A program made the position numbers and the translations under genes. A stretch of 64,000 nucleotides of DNA from Candidatus Latescibacterota bacterium (lineage in GTDB: Bacteria; Krumholzibacteriota; Krumholzibacteriia; WVZY01; JAKEHA01): contig CAVTNQ010000005.1 in assembly GCA_963736125.1 (NCBI GenBank), positions 192,218 through 256,217 of the forward strand, in the 5' to 3' direction. Positions 1 to 9,972 of the stretch are shown piece after piece. The notes below the pieces were generated by a model. That model had not been told where the DNA came from and searched no databases. It saw only the letters and a program-made list of their open reading frames with translations. Within the stretch, counting starts at the first letter, position 1. Each line of letters starts with the position of its first letter.

Positions 1-1158
1 CACGCGGCGCAGTGTGGCCGCGGGGTCGTATGCGAGAAGGAAGCGCATCCACGGTGTGTTCAGCATCTGCACCGTCCCGTCGAACATGCTCTCGCTGGCA
101 CCCATCGTCTTCTTGTCCGAGTCCGTCATCTCGCCCAGCATCCATCGACCGGTTTCTCGCAGTTGTTCTTCCGTGGTTTTCGGATCCGAGTTCGACTTGG
201 CGATGGCGCACATCTTCACGAGCGTTTGGTCGTTCAAGTCGATATAGCTCGCGGGCGCTCCACTCACCTTGAGGATCAGACGTGTTTGCTCGCGCAGCAG
301 GTCCTCCATCGGCACACCGACGCCGGCCATCAATACAATGAACGCGACATCGCTCGAGCGCGTCGCGACGAGCGGGGCGGTGACACCGCCTTCGCTGTGT
401 CCGATCAAGCCGATCCGTTTGGCGTCGACCTCACGCCGGCCCTTGAGGAAGACGACTCCCGCGAGTGCGTCGGCCGCGAAATCTTCCGTGGTCGCGGTGG
501 CGAAAACGCCCGTCGACTTGCCGACGCCGCGATCGTCGACGCGGAGCACCTCGATGCCGTTGCGCGTGAGGTGGTCGGCCAGCACGAGGAACGGCTTGTG
601 GCCGAGGATGGCTTCGTCGCGATCTTGCGGCCCGGAGCCGGTAATCAAGAGGACCGCGGGGTGCGGCCCGGCCGAGCGCGGAATCGTCAGCGTTCCGGCG
701 AGCTTCACGTCTCCGTTGACGAAGGAGACCTCTTCGACGTCGTACGGAAACGGCGGCTTGGGCTCCTGCGGTCGCTTCGGCATGAACGACGAGGCGTCGT
801 TGGTGCGGGTGAACCGAAGTGGAAGCGCCGCCGTACCCTGCTTCCACGTTCCCGTAAGCTCGTCTGCGGCATCGTTGAGGGTGCCTTGATAGTCTCCGCC
901 GATGCTTGCCAATTGCAGGTGAAGCAACTTGCCTTCGAACGTGATCACGTCGACCGGTATTCCCGTCACACCCTGATCGACGCTGTCCAACGTCGCGCGC
1001 AGGCCGGCATCGCCGCCCGTGACATGGAGGATGAGCCGAAGCTTCGTCCCGCCGACGTCGAGCGCGCCCACCCAGTCGCCGACCACGGGCGAAGCCGCGT
1101 GCCCGAGCACCGGAGTCGCGAGAATCAAGAAACTCAATAGAATGGAGAATCTGCGCAT
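1..1158 (-). CDS. Secreted alpha/beta hydrolase (S9/prolyl-oligopeptidase-like serine hydrolase). It is 3'-truncated by the window edge.
   Basis: My own minus-strand translation starts at ATG (complement of 1156-1158): MRRFSILLSFLILATPVLG (signal peptide), GPHPAVLLITGSGPQDRD, and the GHSEGG nucleophile elbow (GxSxG). No stop is reached before position 1, so it is absent from the ORF track. Confidence 0.75.
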   Translation of the reverse strand, partial: MRRFSILLSFLILATPVLGHAASPVVGDWVGALDVGGTKLRLILHVTGGDAGLRATLDSVDQGVTGIPVDVITFEGKLLHLQLASIGGDYQGTLNDAADELTGTWKQGTAALPLRFTRTNDASSFMPKRPQEPKPPFPYDVEEVSFVNGDVKLAGTLTIPRSAGPHPAVLLITGSGPQDRDEAILGHKPFLVLADHLTRNGIEVLRVDDRGVGKSTGVFATATTEDFAADALAGVVFLKGRREVDAKRIGLIGHSEGGVTAPLVATRSSDVAFIVLMAGVGVPMEDLLREQTRLILKVSGAPASYIDLNDQTLVKMCAIAKSNSDPKTTEEQLRETGRWMLGEMTDSDKKTMGASESMFDGTVQMLNTPWMRFLLAYDPAATLRRV

Positions 1159-1168
1159 GGTCTTGCCT

Positions 1169-2509
1169 CTATTCGTACGAACTCTTGGGTAGCGTTTCTC
1201 GCGTCTCGGTCCGCTTCGCATACATCTCGTAGAACCGCCCCTTGACGGTGTTCAGCGCGGGCGCCGATGCCTTGCGCTCGTAGTTCGAATCCAACTGCTG
1301 CACCACGAAGTACGTCAGTGCGATGAAGAACGCCGGGATGAGATACGGGAGGCGTCGTCGCCACGGCTTCTGATAGAGCAGCCGTGCCGCGAGCACGGTC
1401 CCGGAGGCGAGAATCATCTGAAAGCCGACCGACACCAAATAGAGGAATCGAATGTCGAGCCAGTCGGACGGGAAGCGAAAGAAGCAGAACGGCGTCACCA
1501 CGATGTACATCCACGCGATGAAGAACCGAATCACGCGGTTGCCGAAGATGAAACCGAAGACGGAGTACGAGACGATGCTGAGAAAGATGACCACCCGAAT
1601 CGCGGTCGCGAACTCGTAGATGAAGCGAACCGCCCAGCCGGCGTCGGAGACCAGGGTCGAGGAGTGGATCGGGAACACCATGCGAACGAGGTAGGCGGGA
1701 TAGTTCTTGAGGACCGACCACGGCGACATGTCGAGATCCTGCGAACCCGGCACCGCCCCCTGCGCCACGAGCTTCACCACCAGGACCCCGGCCGCAAACG
1801 TGGCGAGGGCGACGAAGTTCGCATCCAGGAGCTTGCGCCCGGTCTGCTCCCGGAACAGGAGGTTGAAGGCAAACATGAGTCCAATGACCGAGAAGGAGGT
1901 GGTTTTCGAGAGGAGGCTAAGCGTAAAGAACACCATGCAAAAAAGGAAGTTACGAGTCCACAGGGCGCCTCGGTCCTGGAGCTCGTTGCGGATGTAGAAG
2001 ATCATCGTCAAGAGTGTCAAGGCGGTGATGACGAGGTCGCTGACGTCCGACACCGTCATGACTGACTTCCCGTAGTTCCCCACCGCGAACACGAACAGGA
2101 GTCCCGACAGCACCGCGATCGCCCGGTCCCTCAAGAGCGTCCGCACCAGGGTATAGACGAGGAACGCGTTTGCGGAATGCACGAGGACGTTGAACAGGTA
2201 GTAGCGTTCCGCATCGAGTTGGAAGGCCCGAAACTCGAGGAAGAAGATCAGATTGGGCAGCGGCTGGAACGTCTGGTGGAGTCGAGTCGAAAAAATCTCC
2301 CGCCAGTTGCCTTCGATCCGAAGCGCTTGGATCAGGTATTCCCAGTCGTCGCCGTGCCAGAAGGAATTGTTACGGACAAGAGAGAAGAATAGGAGCCCGG
2401 CCAGGTTCAGCAGGACGTAGAACGCGACGTCCTGGCGGCGGGACGAAGGATTCGAATCGGGTTGAGTCGGCATCCGGGAGTCCTCGGAAGACGAGGCGGG
2501 ATGCATCAT
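1169..2509 (-). CDS. Polytopic membrane protein, possibly a GT-C fold glycosyltransferase (ArnT/PMT-like).
   Basis: 446-aa ORF with more than 10 predicted TM helices and the N-terminal loop WHGDDWEY. Its codon usage matches the genome. The function is only inferred from topology. Confidence 0.55.
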   Translation of the reverse strand: MMHPASSSEDSRMPTQPDSNPSSRRQDVAFYVLLNLAGLLFFSLVRNNSFWHGDDWEYLIQALRIEGNWREIFSTRLHQTFQPLPNLIFFLEFRAFQLDAERYYLFNVLVHSANAFLVYTLVRTLLRDRAIAVLSGLLFVFAVGNYGKSVMTVSDVSDLVITALTLLTMIFYIRNELQDRGALWTRNFLFCMVFFTLSLLSKTTSFSVIGLMFAFNLLFREQTGRKLLDANFVALATFAAGVLVVKLVAQGAVPGSQDLDMSPWSVLKNYPAYLVRMVFPIHSSTLVSDAGWAVRFIYEFATAIRVVIFLSIVSYSVFGFIFGNRVIRFFIAWMYIVVTPFCFFRFPSDWLDIRFLYLVSVGFQMILASGTVLAARLLYQKPWRRRLPYLIPAFFIALTYFVVQQLDSNYERKASAPALNTVKGRFYEMYAKRTETRETLPKSSYE

Positions 2510-2641
2510 AACCCAAGTGGAATAACGCTTGCTGTAATTTTTGGGCCGGTGCTATAAGCAGCACACTTTGGCGCGCGGGCGTGGTGCACGGCGCGTCGAA
2601 GGTCCCGAACGACAACGAACCCGTCCTTTGGAGGACGTCCC

Positions 2642-3451
2642 GTGAGCCAGCTCCGTCTCGGCGCCGCCGACTTCATCGCCAACCGGCCGCTCGTGTGCGG
2701 GCTCTCGAACGGACACGCCAACGGGGCGTGCCTCACCTTCGAATCCCAGGCCACCCTGGTCGACTCCTTCGAACGCGGTCGCTACGACGCCGTGCTGATG
2801 CCGAGCATCGAGTACCTCCGCGGCGCGGGGCGCTTTCTCCTCCCGGGCCCCGCGCTGGTCGGACGCTCGGCGCCCGGCGGCATCGTGCTGGTCTCGCAGA
2901 AGCCGCTCGAAGAACTCAGGCGCGTCGCCGTGGGCGAGTGCTGTCGCACACCAGTCGCCGCCCTCCGCATCGTGCTCGCCGAACAGCAGCACGTCCTCCC
3001 CGACTTGCTGGTCGAGAAGCGCTTGAACGAAGACGACTGGCGCGACCGTTACGACGCCGCCCTGATCACGGGCGACGCGGCGTTGCGCGAAGCCGCCTCG
3101 CCCGCCACCGAAGGGTTGATCCGTTTCAACGTCACCGAGATGTGGAAGTCGCTCACCAAGACCCCGCTCGTGCATTCGGTGTGGGTGTGCGACGAAGAAT
3201 CGCGCCTCGACGAGATTCGCACCACACTCACGACGCTGTGCGCATACGGCCTCGAGCGACTGGCCTCACTCGCCGAAGAAATCGCCGCCCTGCTTTCGAT
3301 GGACGCGATGGTCGCCTACGACTATCTCACGCGCGCGTGGTCCTACGACCTCGGCAGCGCGGAGATGGACGGGCTTCGTGCGCTCTCCGACTTCGCGCGC
3401 AAGTACGACTTGGTGCGCGCGAGTCGCTTCACGAACGTCGTCAGCGCCTAG
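2642..3451 (+). CDS. MqnA/MqnD-family protein (chorismate dehydratase-like). This is a second paralog.
   Basis: 269 aa. LRLGAADFIANRPL...DAVLMPSIEYLR matches the MqnA pattern (RIGxIPYLN...SSIEY). It resembles the mqnA at 21836. Confidence 0.65.
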   Translation: MSQLRLGAADFIANRPLVCGLSNGHANGACLTFESQATLVDSFERGRYDAVLMPSIEYLRGAGRFLLPGPALVGRSAPGGIVLVSQKPLEELRRVAVGECCRTPVAALRIVLAEQQHVLPDLLVEKRLNEDDWRDRYDAALITGDAALREAASPATEGLIRFNVTEMWKSLTKTPLVHSVWVCDEESRLDEIRTTLTTLCAYGLERLASLAEEIAALLSMDAMVAYDYLTRAWSYDLGSAEMDGLRALSDFARKYDLVRASRFTNVVSA

Positions 3452-3553
3452 TTCCCCCGATCATTCGACCCGTTCCAGGACCGCGCTGCGGCGCGCGGTA
3501 GCGCAAATCCCACGGTTAGGCTATCCTTTGGCCTTCGTATCACGGAGGCCGCC

Positions 3554-3904
3554 ATGTCCGACATCGTCCGCGAGTTCAACGAATACCGCCAGAGGATGAA
3601 CGATCGCATCCTCGCGACCGACAACTTGGTCGTGAAGCGCTTCTTCAATCTCGACACGAACACGTACCAAGAGGGCGCACTTCCGGCGAAGACGAAGGAG
3701 ATGCTGGGGCTGGTCGCGTCGATGGTGCTGCGCTGCGACGATTGCATCGCCTACCACGTCCAGGAGTGTCACCAGGCCGGCGTCACGCGCGAGGAGTTCT
3801 TCGAGATTTTCAGCGTGGGGCTCGTCGTGGGCGGGTCGATCACGATTCCGCACATGCGCCGCGCGGTCGAATTCCTGGACTCCTTGGAGTCGGTCTCGAA
3901 GTAA
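3554..3904 (+). CDS. Carboxymuconolactone decarboxylase / AhpD-like family protein.
   Basis: 116 aa. The motif LVASMVLRCDDCIAYH (CxxC in the AhpD-core helix) is present. Confidence 0.8.
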   Translation: MSDIVREFNEYRQRMNDRILATDNLVVKRFFNLDTNTYQEGALPAKTKEMLGLVASMVLRCDDCIAYHVQECHQAGVTREEFFEIFSVGLVVGGSITIPHMRRAVEFLDSLESVSK

Positions 3905-3907
3905 CCC

Positions 3908-4897
3908 ATGTGGAATCCGATCCGACAGTTCATCGATCGCCACGACGCTTTCGTGGTGACCTCGCACATCAACCCCGACGGCGACGCCATCGGCTCCGAG
4001 ATGGGCCTCACACACTTTCTCCGCCAGCTGGGGAAGAAAGTCGTCGTCATGAACTCGACCGAGACCCCGGAGGTCCTGCGCTTCCTCGCTGCGGACGACG
4101 AGATTCGTATCTACGGCGATGGGGCGTCGAAAGCGCTCCTCGATACGGTCGACGCGTGCATCATCGTCGACGTCAATAATTGGGAACAGCTAGGCAACAT
4201 CGGTCGCGGGCTGCAGTCGCGCTCGCTCCCGCGTGCGTGCATCGACCATCACCAGGGCGCCACGAACGGCTTCGCCGATTACACGGTGACCGACACCTCG
4301 GCGGCCGCCACGGGTCTCCTCATCTACGAAATGATTCGCGCGTACGAGGGCACCATGACGAAGCCCATCGCCGAGGCACTCTACGCCGCCATCATCACCG
4401 ACACCGGCACGTTTCGCTTTTCGAACACCGATGCACGCGTGTTGCGCACAGCCGCGGACTTGTGCGACGTCGGGGTGATTCCTTTCGAAATGCATCGTAA
4501 GGTTTTCGGGAGCAAGAGTTGGGGCGCGGGCCGTTTGCTGGGTCCGGTCTTGAGCACGCTGGAGTCGGAAGCGGGGGGCAAGCTCGCCATATTTTCGGCG
4601 ACGCTCGAAATGGTCAACAACGCGGGTGCCACCTACGACGACATGGACGGCTTCGTCGACTTGGTGCGCGCGATCAAGGGCGTCGAGCTGGTGCTCTTTT
4701 TCAAGGAGACCGAAGAAGGCGACATCAAAGTGTCCCTACGATCGAACGGCAAGGTCGACGCGCACGCGATCGCGACGGTGTTCGGCGGCGGCGGGCACAC
4801 GATGGCGTCGGGGATGCGCCTGCCGGGTCCGATGCAGCGCGCTATCGATACGGTGATCTCGGCGTGTCGCAACCTCTCCGATTTCTCGACGCGCTAG
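3908..4897 (+). CDS. DHH-family phosphoesterase (NrnA-like oligoribonuclease / pAp phosphatase).
   Basis: DHH motifs: VTSHINPDGDAIGS, IDHH, and GGGGH in the DHHA1 domain. Confidence 0.85.
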   Translation: MWNPIRQFIDRHDAFVVTSHINPDGDAIGSEMGLTHFLRQLGKKVVVMNSTETPEVLRFLAADDEIRIYGDGASKALLDTVDACIIVDVNNWEQLGNIGRGLQSRSLPRACIDHHQGATNGFADYTVTDTSAAATGLLIYEMIRAYEGTMTKPIAEALYAAIITDTGTFRFSNTDARVLRTAADLCDVGVIPFEMHRKVFGSKSWGAGRLLGPVLSTLESEAGGKLAIFSATLEMVNNAGATYDDMDGFVDLVRAIKGVELVLFFKETEEGDIKVSLRSNGKVDAHAIATVFGGGGHTMASGMRLPGPMQRAIDTVISACRNLSDFSTR

Positions 4898-4901
4898 TGC
4901 G

Positions 4902-6845
4902 TCACTCTCCCACCACTTCCCACACCGCGATCTCCCGCGTGGCGAAACGCCCGCGAAACCGGCGGTCGTTTTCGAAGCGCTCGTGCGCGTCGATCATGTC
5001 GTCGGGGTGGAGTCGATAGATCACGTACACGGGCCGTTCGAGCGCACGCAGTCGCAGCAAGTCGACGTCGGTCGGCCCGCGCTGGGAGAAGACGGCGTCG
5101 CGCACACGTTTGCGCTCGAGCATCTCGTCGTGCGGATACGCCCAGTTGCGCGCGTAGCTTTCGGTCCCCCAATACACGTCGCGCGACGCGAGGACCGGGA
5201 CGCGCACGTTGTCGTCATCTTCCAGGACGACGGCGTTGGGCGGCGTGCTTTTTTCCATCCATTTATAGAGCGCGCGTTCGGAGTCGCTCACGTCGAACGC
5301 CGTCGTGTCGCGCATCGCTTGCGAGAAGTAGACCGCGTGGAGCGGAATCGTGGCGGACGCGACTAGCACGACGGCGAGTCGACGCGTGCGCGGTACCTCC
5401 CACCATCGATCGAGCGCGCCGACGGAAAACGCTGCGAGCGGAAGATAGAGTAGAAAGACAAACTTGGTCTCGTTGTTGGTAGCGAGGTCGACGGTCACCG
5501 CGACCAAGGCGACCAGGAGTGTCCACACGAGCACGATGCTTCGCGCGTGCCGCAGGTAGACGATCGCGAGCACCAACGCGGGCAGTACACCGAAGAACAA
5601 CCCGATCGCTTGCGATCGCTGCAGCGCGAAAGCGAGCGACGAGCCTCCTGCGCGCGGCATCACCGAATAGAGGTACGGCGCCGTCGCGGCCAGCCCGAGC
5701 GCGATCCACCCCACCAAGCGGGCGTACGGCGGCCCGCCCGGCGACGGCTGCGCGCGGATCACGAGCAGAATTGCTAAGACCGCCGCCGTGGCGATCGCCA
5801 TCGTCAAGCCGGTCACCGAGTGCAACAGGATCGCGCCGGCGATGCATAGCACGAAGGCAACGTCGTGCGACGCACTCCATTCGCCGCGCCGCGCGCGCAC
5901 GAGGAGCAGCAACAACGTCGCGGCGAGGCCGAGTGTCAACGAGAGTGCGGTACCGATCATGAACTTGTCGAGGAACATGAACTGATTGCCTTCGACCGAC
6001 AGGAGCGACATCGCCGTGGCATGTCCAGCGGGGGTCCATGGGAACATGCGGCGCAACGTTTCCAGTCCGTGGCTGTCGCCGAACACGGCGCGCGCGAGTC
6101 GAATCGGATACGAGAGATAGAACCAACCGTTCAGTCCGAAGATCCACAGACACGTTCCCAGCAACCGCGGGCCGACGCGCCGCGCGAACTCGCCGGCCAG
6201 CGCGAGGAACGCGAACACGGTCGACGTGAGTGCGATCGCGTTCGCGAGAATCATCGCGCGAAAATAGTCCGCGCCGGCGAGCGACGCGCACGCCGCGACG
6301 ATCGCGTGGTAGGCGTACATGTATTGAATGCGAAGCCCCGCGAAATACGGATCGGTCAACGGGACTCCGTCGCGCGTGAGCTTGTTCGCGACGGCGGCGT
6401 GGAACCAGCTGTCTTCGCGCACGCGCCACCACGTCTTGGCAAGCGGCAACGAAAACGCGAGCACGGCGGCGAGCAACAGAATGACGAAGCCGCCCACCAG
6501 CACGCGCCGGTCGTCGGCAGATAGCGATTGCGGCCGTCCGCCGAGCGTGACGAAGAGAACGAGCCCGATACTGCCGGCGATGAGCGCGGCGTGGTGCACA
6601 TTCGCACCGGCGAACATCGCGCCGAGAACGAGCACGCCGAAGATCACCGGCGACAGCGAGGCGCCGATGCCGAACGCTGCGTCCACAGATAGTCGCGACC
6701 GCGACACGACGGCCCAGCCTGGGAGCAGACCGACCACGAGGAAGGTCGCCACGACGCGGGTCGCCACCGATGGAATCCAGAACAGCGCAAAAACGATCGC
6801 CGCGATCGCGGCGCGATGAAACGTGCGCTCGATCGAGATCGTCAT
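4902..6845 (-). CDS. Large polytopic membrane protein with a C-terminal soluble domain, possibly a GT-C-like glycosyltransferase.
   Basis: 647 aa with about 14 TM segments followed by a roughly 150-aa hydrophilic tail. There are no recognisable catalytic motifs. Confidence 0.55.
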   Translation of the reverse strand: MTISIERTFHRAAIAAIVFALFWIPSVATRVVATFLVVGLLPGWAVVSRSRLSVDAAFGIGASLSPVIFGVLVLGAMFAGANVHHAALIAGSIGLVLFVTLGGRPQSLSADDRRVLVGGFVILLLAAVLAFSLPLAKTWWRVREDSWFHAAVANKLTRDGVPLTDPYFAGLRIQYMYAYHAIVAACASLAGADYFRAMILANAIALTSTVFAFLALAGEFARRVGPRLLGTCLWIFGLNGWFYLSYPIRLARAVFGDSHGLETLRRMFPWTPAGHATAMSLLSVEGNQFMFLDKFMIGTALSLTLGLAATLLLLLVRARRGEWSASHDVAFVLCIAGAILLHSVTGLTMAIATAAVLAILLVIRAQPSPGGPPYARLVGWIALGLAATAPYLYSVMPRAGGSSLAFALQRSQAIGLFFGVLPALVLAIVYLRHARSIVLVWTLLVALVAVTVDLATNNETKFVFLLYLPLAAFSVGALDRWWEVPRTRRLAVVLVASATIPLHAVYFSQAMRDTTAFDVSDSERALYKWMEKSTPPNAVVLEDDDNVRVPVLASRDVYWGTESYARNWAYPHDEMLERKRVRDAVFSQRGPTDVDLLRLRALERPVYVIYRLHPDDMIDAHERFENDRRFRGRFATREIAVWEVVGE

Positions 6846-6936
6846 TAGAAGGAGCGACGAATCACGAGCCGTACATACACATGTGCTGATCGATTGTCCG
6901 ACGACACCGGAGAGCGATACGCGCCGAAGGTACGAC

Positions 6937-6986
6937 GGCTCTGGAATTGCAAGCGCGGGGAGCGCAAGGGTCTCAATTCCAGAGCC
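6937..6986. repeat. Perfect 13-bp inverted repeat (GGCTCTGGAATTG ... CAATTCCAGAGCC) with a 24-nt spacer, in an intergenic region.
   Basis: I read it directly from the sequence. It lies between the stop of the 7042 gene and the start of the 4902-6845 gene. Confidence 0.6.
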
Positions 6987-7041
6987 GTGCGGTGATGGAG
7001 GTTGCTAGTGTCTCCTTCTACGATCGACCGCACGGAAAGTT

Positions 7042-7686
7042 TCAAGCGGGTGTAATCTCGCTCACACTGGAGGCGGGCTTCAAACTTCGATAGACATGGG
7101 CGAGTGCCAAGCCGCTCATCGGAAGCGTCACGAGAATCCCGATGCCCAAACAAATGGCACCCAAGAGGTTCAGTCCGATCAAGATGAAGAACAGGACGAG
7201 CAAATCCATCGTTCGCCCGCGCGAGATGTCCCAACTTTGCTGAATGGCGTCGAGCGGTCCCGACCTCTTGTCCACGATCACGAAACCGACGAACCACAAT
7301 CGAATCAAGATGACGACGCCGGGGACGATGAGGAGTATCAGTCCCATGACGACCGCGACCGACGCGATGATCGAGGCCCCCAGGTACTTGAGAAACTGGG
7401 AGATGCCGTCGAAGAGGTTCTCGAAGATGGGTCGCTCGCCGTCGCGAAAGCGGAGGTAGATCTTCGCGAGCCCGAGGGTGAGCGTCGCCGATACGGCCAT
7501 CGATATCAGCCGGATCGCGAACTGCGGGGCCCCGTCGTGAAGGGCGACGTCCCCACCCCACTTGATCAGGGACGGGACGCCCCATGCCACAAGCAGCGTC
7601 CCGACTAGAAATAGCGGATACTCACGAACCGTGCGCCACCCGAACTGGACCGCTTCCGCGAGGGGAAGCCCCGGCGTCTTGGTCAT
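7042..7686 (-). CDS. Hypothetical integral membrane protein.
   Basis: 214 aa with 4-5 TM helices. No motif was recognised. Confidence 0.5.
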   Translation of the reverse strand: MTKTPGLPLAEAVQFGWRTVREYPLFLVGTLLVAWGVPSLIKWGGDVALHDGAPQFAIRLISMAVSATLTLGLAKIYLRFRDGERPIFENLFDGISQFLKYLGASIIASVAVVMGLILLIVPGVVILIRLWFVGFVIVDKRSGPLDAIQQSWDISRGRTMDLLVLFFILIGLNLLGAICLGIGILVTLPMSGLALAHVYRSLKPASSVSEITPA

Positions 7687-7786
7687 TTTTTCCTCCTCGG
7701 CGGGAGGTTACACTAGACCGCCCGCAGAGGGTATACGGGATTATGGTGGTTCGGGTTAACCCAATCTTGAACGAGGGCCGCCTACA

Positions 7787-8515
7787 ATGAACGACGTCGC
7801 GCCACGACTTCTGTTGTTGAGCAACTCGCGTAACTTCGGCGGCGGGTATATGGAGCACGCCGAACCGTGGATTCGCGCCTTCTTCGCGGGGACGAAGCGG
7901 GCGGCGTTCGTCCCCTACGCGGGGGTTACACTGGATTGGGACGAGTATGCGGGCATGGTCAGGGAGAGGTTCGGGCCGATGGGGATCGAGGTCCAGTCCG
8001 TGCATCGCATCAAACACCCCGTCCAGGAGATCGAATCGGCGGACGCCGTCTTGGTCGGCGGAGGGAACACGTTCCACTTGTTGAAGCACCTGTACGACAC
8101 CGGGTTATTGTGGGCGATTCGGTCGCGCGTCCGGGCGGGGGTGCCGTATATGGGTTGGAGCGCGGGCTCCAACGTTGCATGCCCTACCATCAAGACGACC
8201 AACGACATGCCGGTCGTGGAGCCGGCGCGGTTGGACGCGATGCGCCTGGTTCCCTTCCAAGTAAATCCACATTATACCGATGTCACTCTTCCCAACCACG
8301 GCGGAGAGACGCGCGCCCAGCGCCTGGCCGAGTTCACGAAATCCAATCCCGGTGTTTATGTCGTAGGGTTGCGTGAAGGCAGCGCTGTGGAAGTCTCGAA
8401 CGGAACGACGAAGCTCTTGGGACCGCACAGCGCCCGGATATTCTTCGGAAGTCGAGAACCCGTGGAGTGCGCGCCGAGCGAGTCGATGGAGTTTCTATGG
8501 AACGTAACAACGTGA
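7787..8515 (+). CDS. pepE: Peptidase E (S51 family dipeptidase).
   Basis: [13 protein letters not shown]...[14 protein letters not shown]...PFQVNPHY are typical S51 motifs. Confidence 0.85.
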   Translation: MNDVAPRLLLLSNSRNFGGGYMEHAEPWIRAFFAGTKRAAFVPYAGVTLDWDEYAGMVRERFGPMGIEVQSVHRIKHPVQEIESADAVLVGGGNTFHLLKHLYDTGLLWAIRSRVRAGVPYMGWSAGSNVACPTIKTTNDMPVVEPARLDAMRLVPFQVNPHYTDVTLPNHGGETRAQRLAEFTKSNPGVYVVGLREGSAVEVSNGTTKLLGPHSARIFFGSREPVECAPSESMEFLWNVTT

Positions 8516-9828
8516 AGCAGGGGGCGCTTCAAACCGTGGAAGCCGTGACGCCCCGGCGTGCGCCCGCGGGTTTGCACTTCTTCGGGTGCGCCGTCGCGCT
8601 GACGGCGCTCGCGTGCCTCGCGGCGACGAACGCATTCGCGCAGGCGCCGCCGGCAGCAGCGGCGTCGAACGTGGATATGATCCAGACGGTCACCAGTGAA
8701 TCTTCGCGCGCGTCGCTTTTGGAGCTCTACACGTCGGAAGGCTGCTCGAGCTGCCCGCCCGCCGAGGCCTGGCTTTCGAAGCTCCCCACCGATGCCCGTT
8801 TGTGGAAGGACGTCGTGCCGGTGGCGTTCCACGTCGACTATTGGGACTACTTGGGATGGGTCGACGTCTTCGCGCGTCCCGAATACAGCGAGCGACAGCG
8901 CGATTACGGAATGGCGTGGAAGGCGGAAACCATCTATACGCCGGCCTTCGTCGCCAACGGATCCGAATGGTCCGGGTGGAGAGATGGAAAACCGTGGCCC
9001 GCTGCGACTGCGGCGCAAGGCGGCAAACTCATATTCGACGTTCTTGCGGGATCAACGGTTGTTCGATTTCAGCCGAGCAGCGGAACCAAGCTGCACGGGA
9101 AGCCAGTGGCCTACGTTGCGATACTGGGAATGGGGATGTCGCGCAAGATCACGGCCGGTGAGAACGAAGGCACAACGCAAACGCACGACTTCGTCGCCAT
9201 GGACTTGCAACGAATCGCTCTCGGCGAAATGGGCGACGCATGGGTCGGCCAGGGAACCTGGCAAATCGTGAAAGCCGCCAATCCGTTGCGCTACGCGGTG
9301 GCCGTTTGGGTGGCGGATGACAGCCGCGTGCCGCTTCAAGTTGCCGGCGACTGGCTCAACACCGAGGCAGCGGCGGCACTCAAAGTGACACTAGAAAGGA
9401 ATGATTCCATGTCGAAGATCACCAAGAGCGACGCAGAATGGAAAGCGATTCTCTCTCCCGACGCCTATCGCGTGGCGCGCGAAAAAGGAACCGAAGCCGC
9501 GTTCACGGGTGCCTACTGGAACAACCACGATAAGGGGATGTACGTCTGCAGTTCGTGCGGACAGCCGTTGTTCTCGTCGGACACCAAGTTCGACTCGGGC
9601 ACCGGGTGGCCCAGCTTCTACGAGCCGGTCGACAACAAGAACGTCGAGGTCGAGGGCGACCAAAGCCACGGCATGCGGCGTACGGAAGTGCTTTGCAGCC
9701 GGTGCGCGGCGCACCTGGGCCACGTGTTCGACGACGGTCCCAAGCCGACCGGACTCCGCTATTGCATCAACTCGGTATCGCTGAAGTTCGTCCCCAAGGA
9801 CGTTAAGGACGACAAGTCGAAGAAGTAG
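8467..9828 (+). CDS. msrB: Secreted DUF1223 thioredoxin-like domain fused to methionine-R-sulfoxide reductase MsrB.
   Basis: The N-terminal part carries a signal peptide and [15 protein letters not shown] (the DUF1223 CxxC). The C-terminal part is SelR/MsrB: [19 protein letters not shown]...[16 protein letters not shown] (zinc CxxC x2 plus the catalytic Cys). There is no stop between the two parts. The start could alternatively be the internal Met at 8497. Confidence 0.75.
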   Translation: MRAERVDGVSMERNNVKQGALQTVEAVTPRRAPAGLHFFGCAVALTALACLAATNAFAQAPPAAAASNVDMIQTVTSESSRASLLELYTSEGCSSCPPAEAWLSKLPTDARLWKDVVPVAFHVDYWDYLGWVDVFARPEYSERQRDYGMAWKAETIYTPAFVANGSEWSGWRDGKPWPAATAAQGGKLIFDVLAGSTVVRFQPSSGTKLHGKPVAYVAILGMGMSRKITAGENEGTTQTHDFVAMDLQRIALGEMGDAWVGQGTWQIVKAANPLRYAVAVWVADDSRVPLQVAGDWLNTEAAAALKVTLERNDSMSKITKSDAEWKAILSPDAYRVAREKGTEAAFTGAYWNNHDKGMYVCSSCGQPLFSSDTKFDSGTGWPSFYEPVDNKNVEVEGDQSHGMRRTEVLCSRCAAHLGHVFDDGPKPTGLRYCINSVSLKFVPKDVKDDKSKK

Positions 9829-9839
9829 TCCTTCGCGTC

Positions 9840-9972
9840 CCTCACCGACGTTCCACTAACTACCATTTCTATTGAAGATTAGACAAGATAACCGAGAATA
9901 GTAGTAGCTTGGACAGCTACTAGTGATAGAGTTGTTGACCGAGTCCAGTCATAAGTAGTAGTCCTAGCTACT
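9840..9972. promoter_or_regulatory. AT-rich island with TAGTAG/CTACTA inverted repeats upstream of the TrmB-like regulator gene.
   Basis: TAGTAGCT-N5-AGCTACTA at 9902-9923 and TAGTAG-N6-CTACTA at 9956-9973. A TTGACC -35-like hexamer sits at 9935-9940. Local GC is far below the window average. Confidence 0.5.

Noticed and set aside
163-1140. Plus-strand 325-aa ORF and overlapping ORFs at the window start
   Set aside because: They are Arg-rich with no homology. The opposite strand encodes a clean alpha/beta hydrolase with a GHSEGG motif that runs off the window edge, so it has no stop and is missing from the track.
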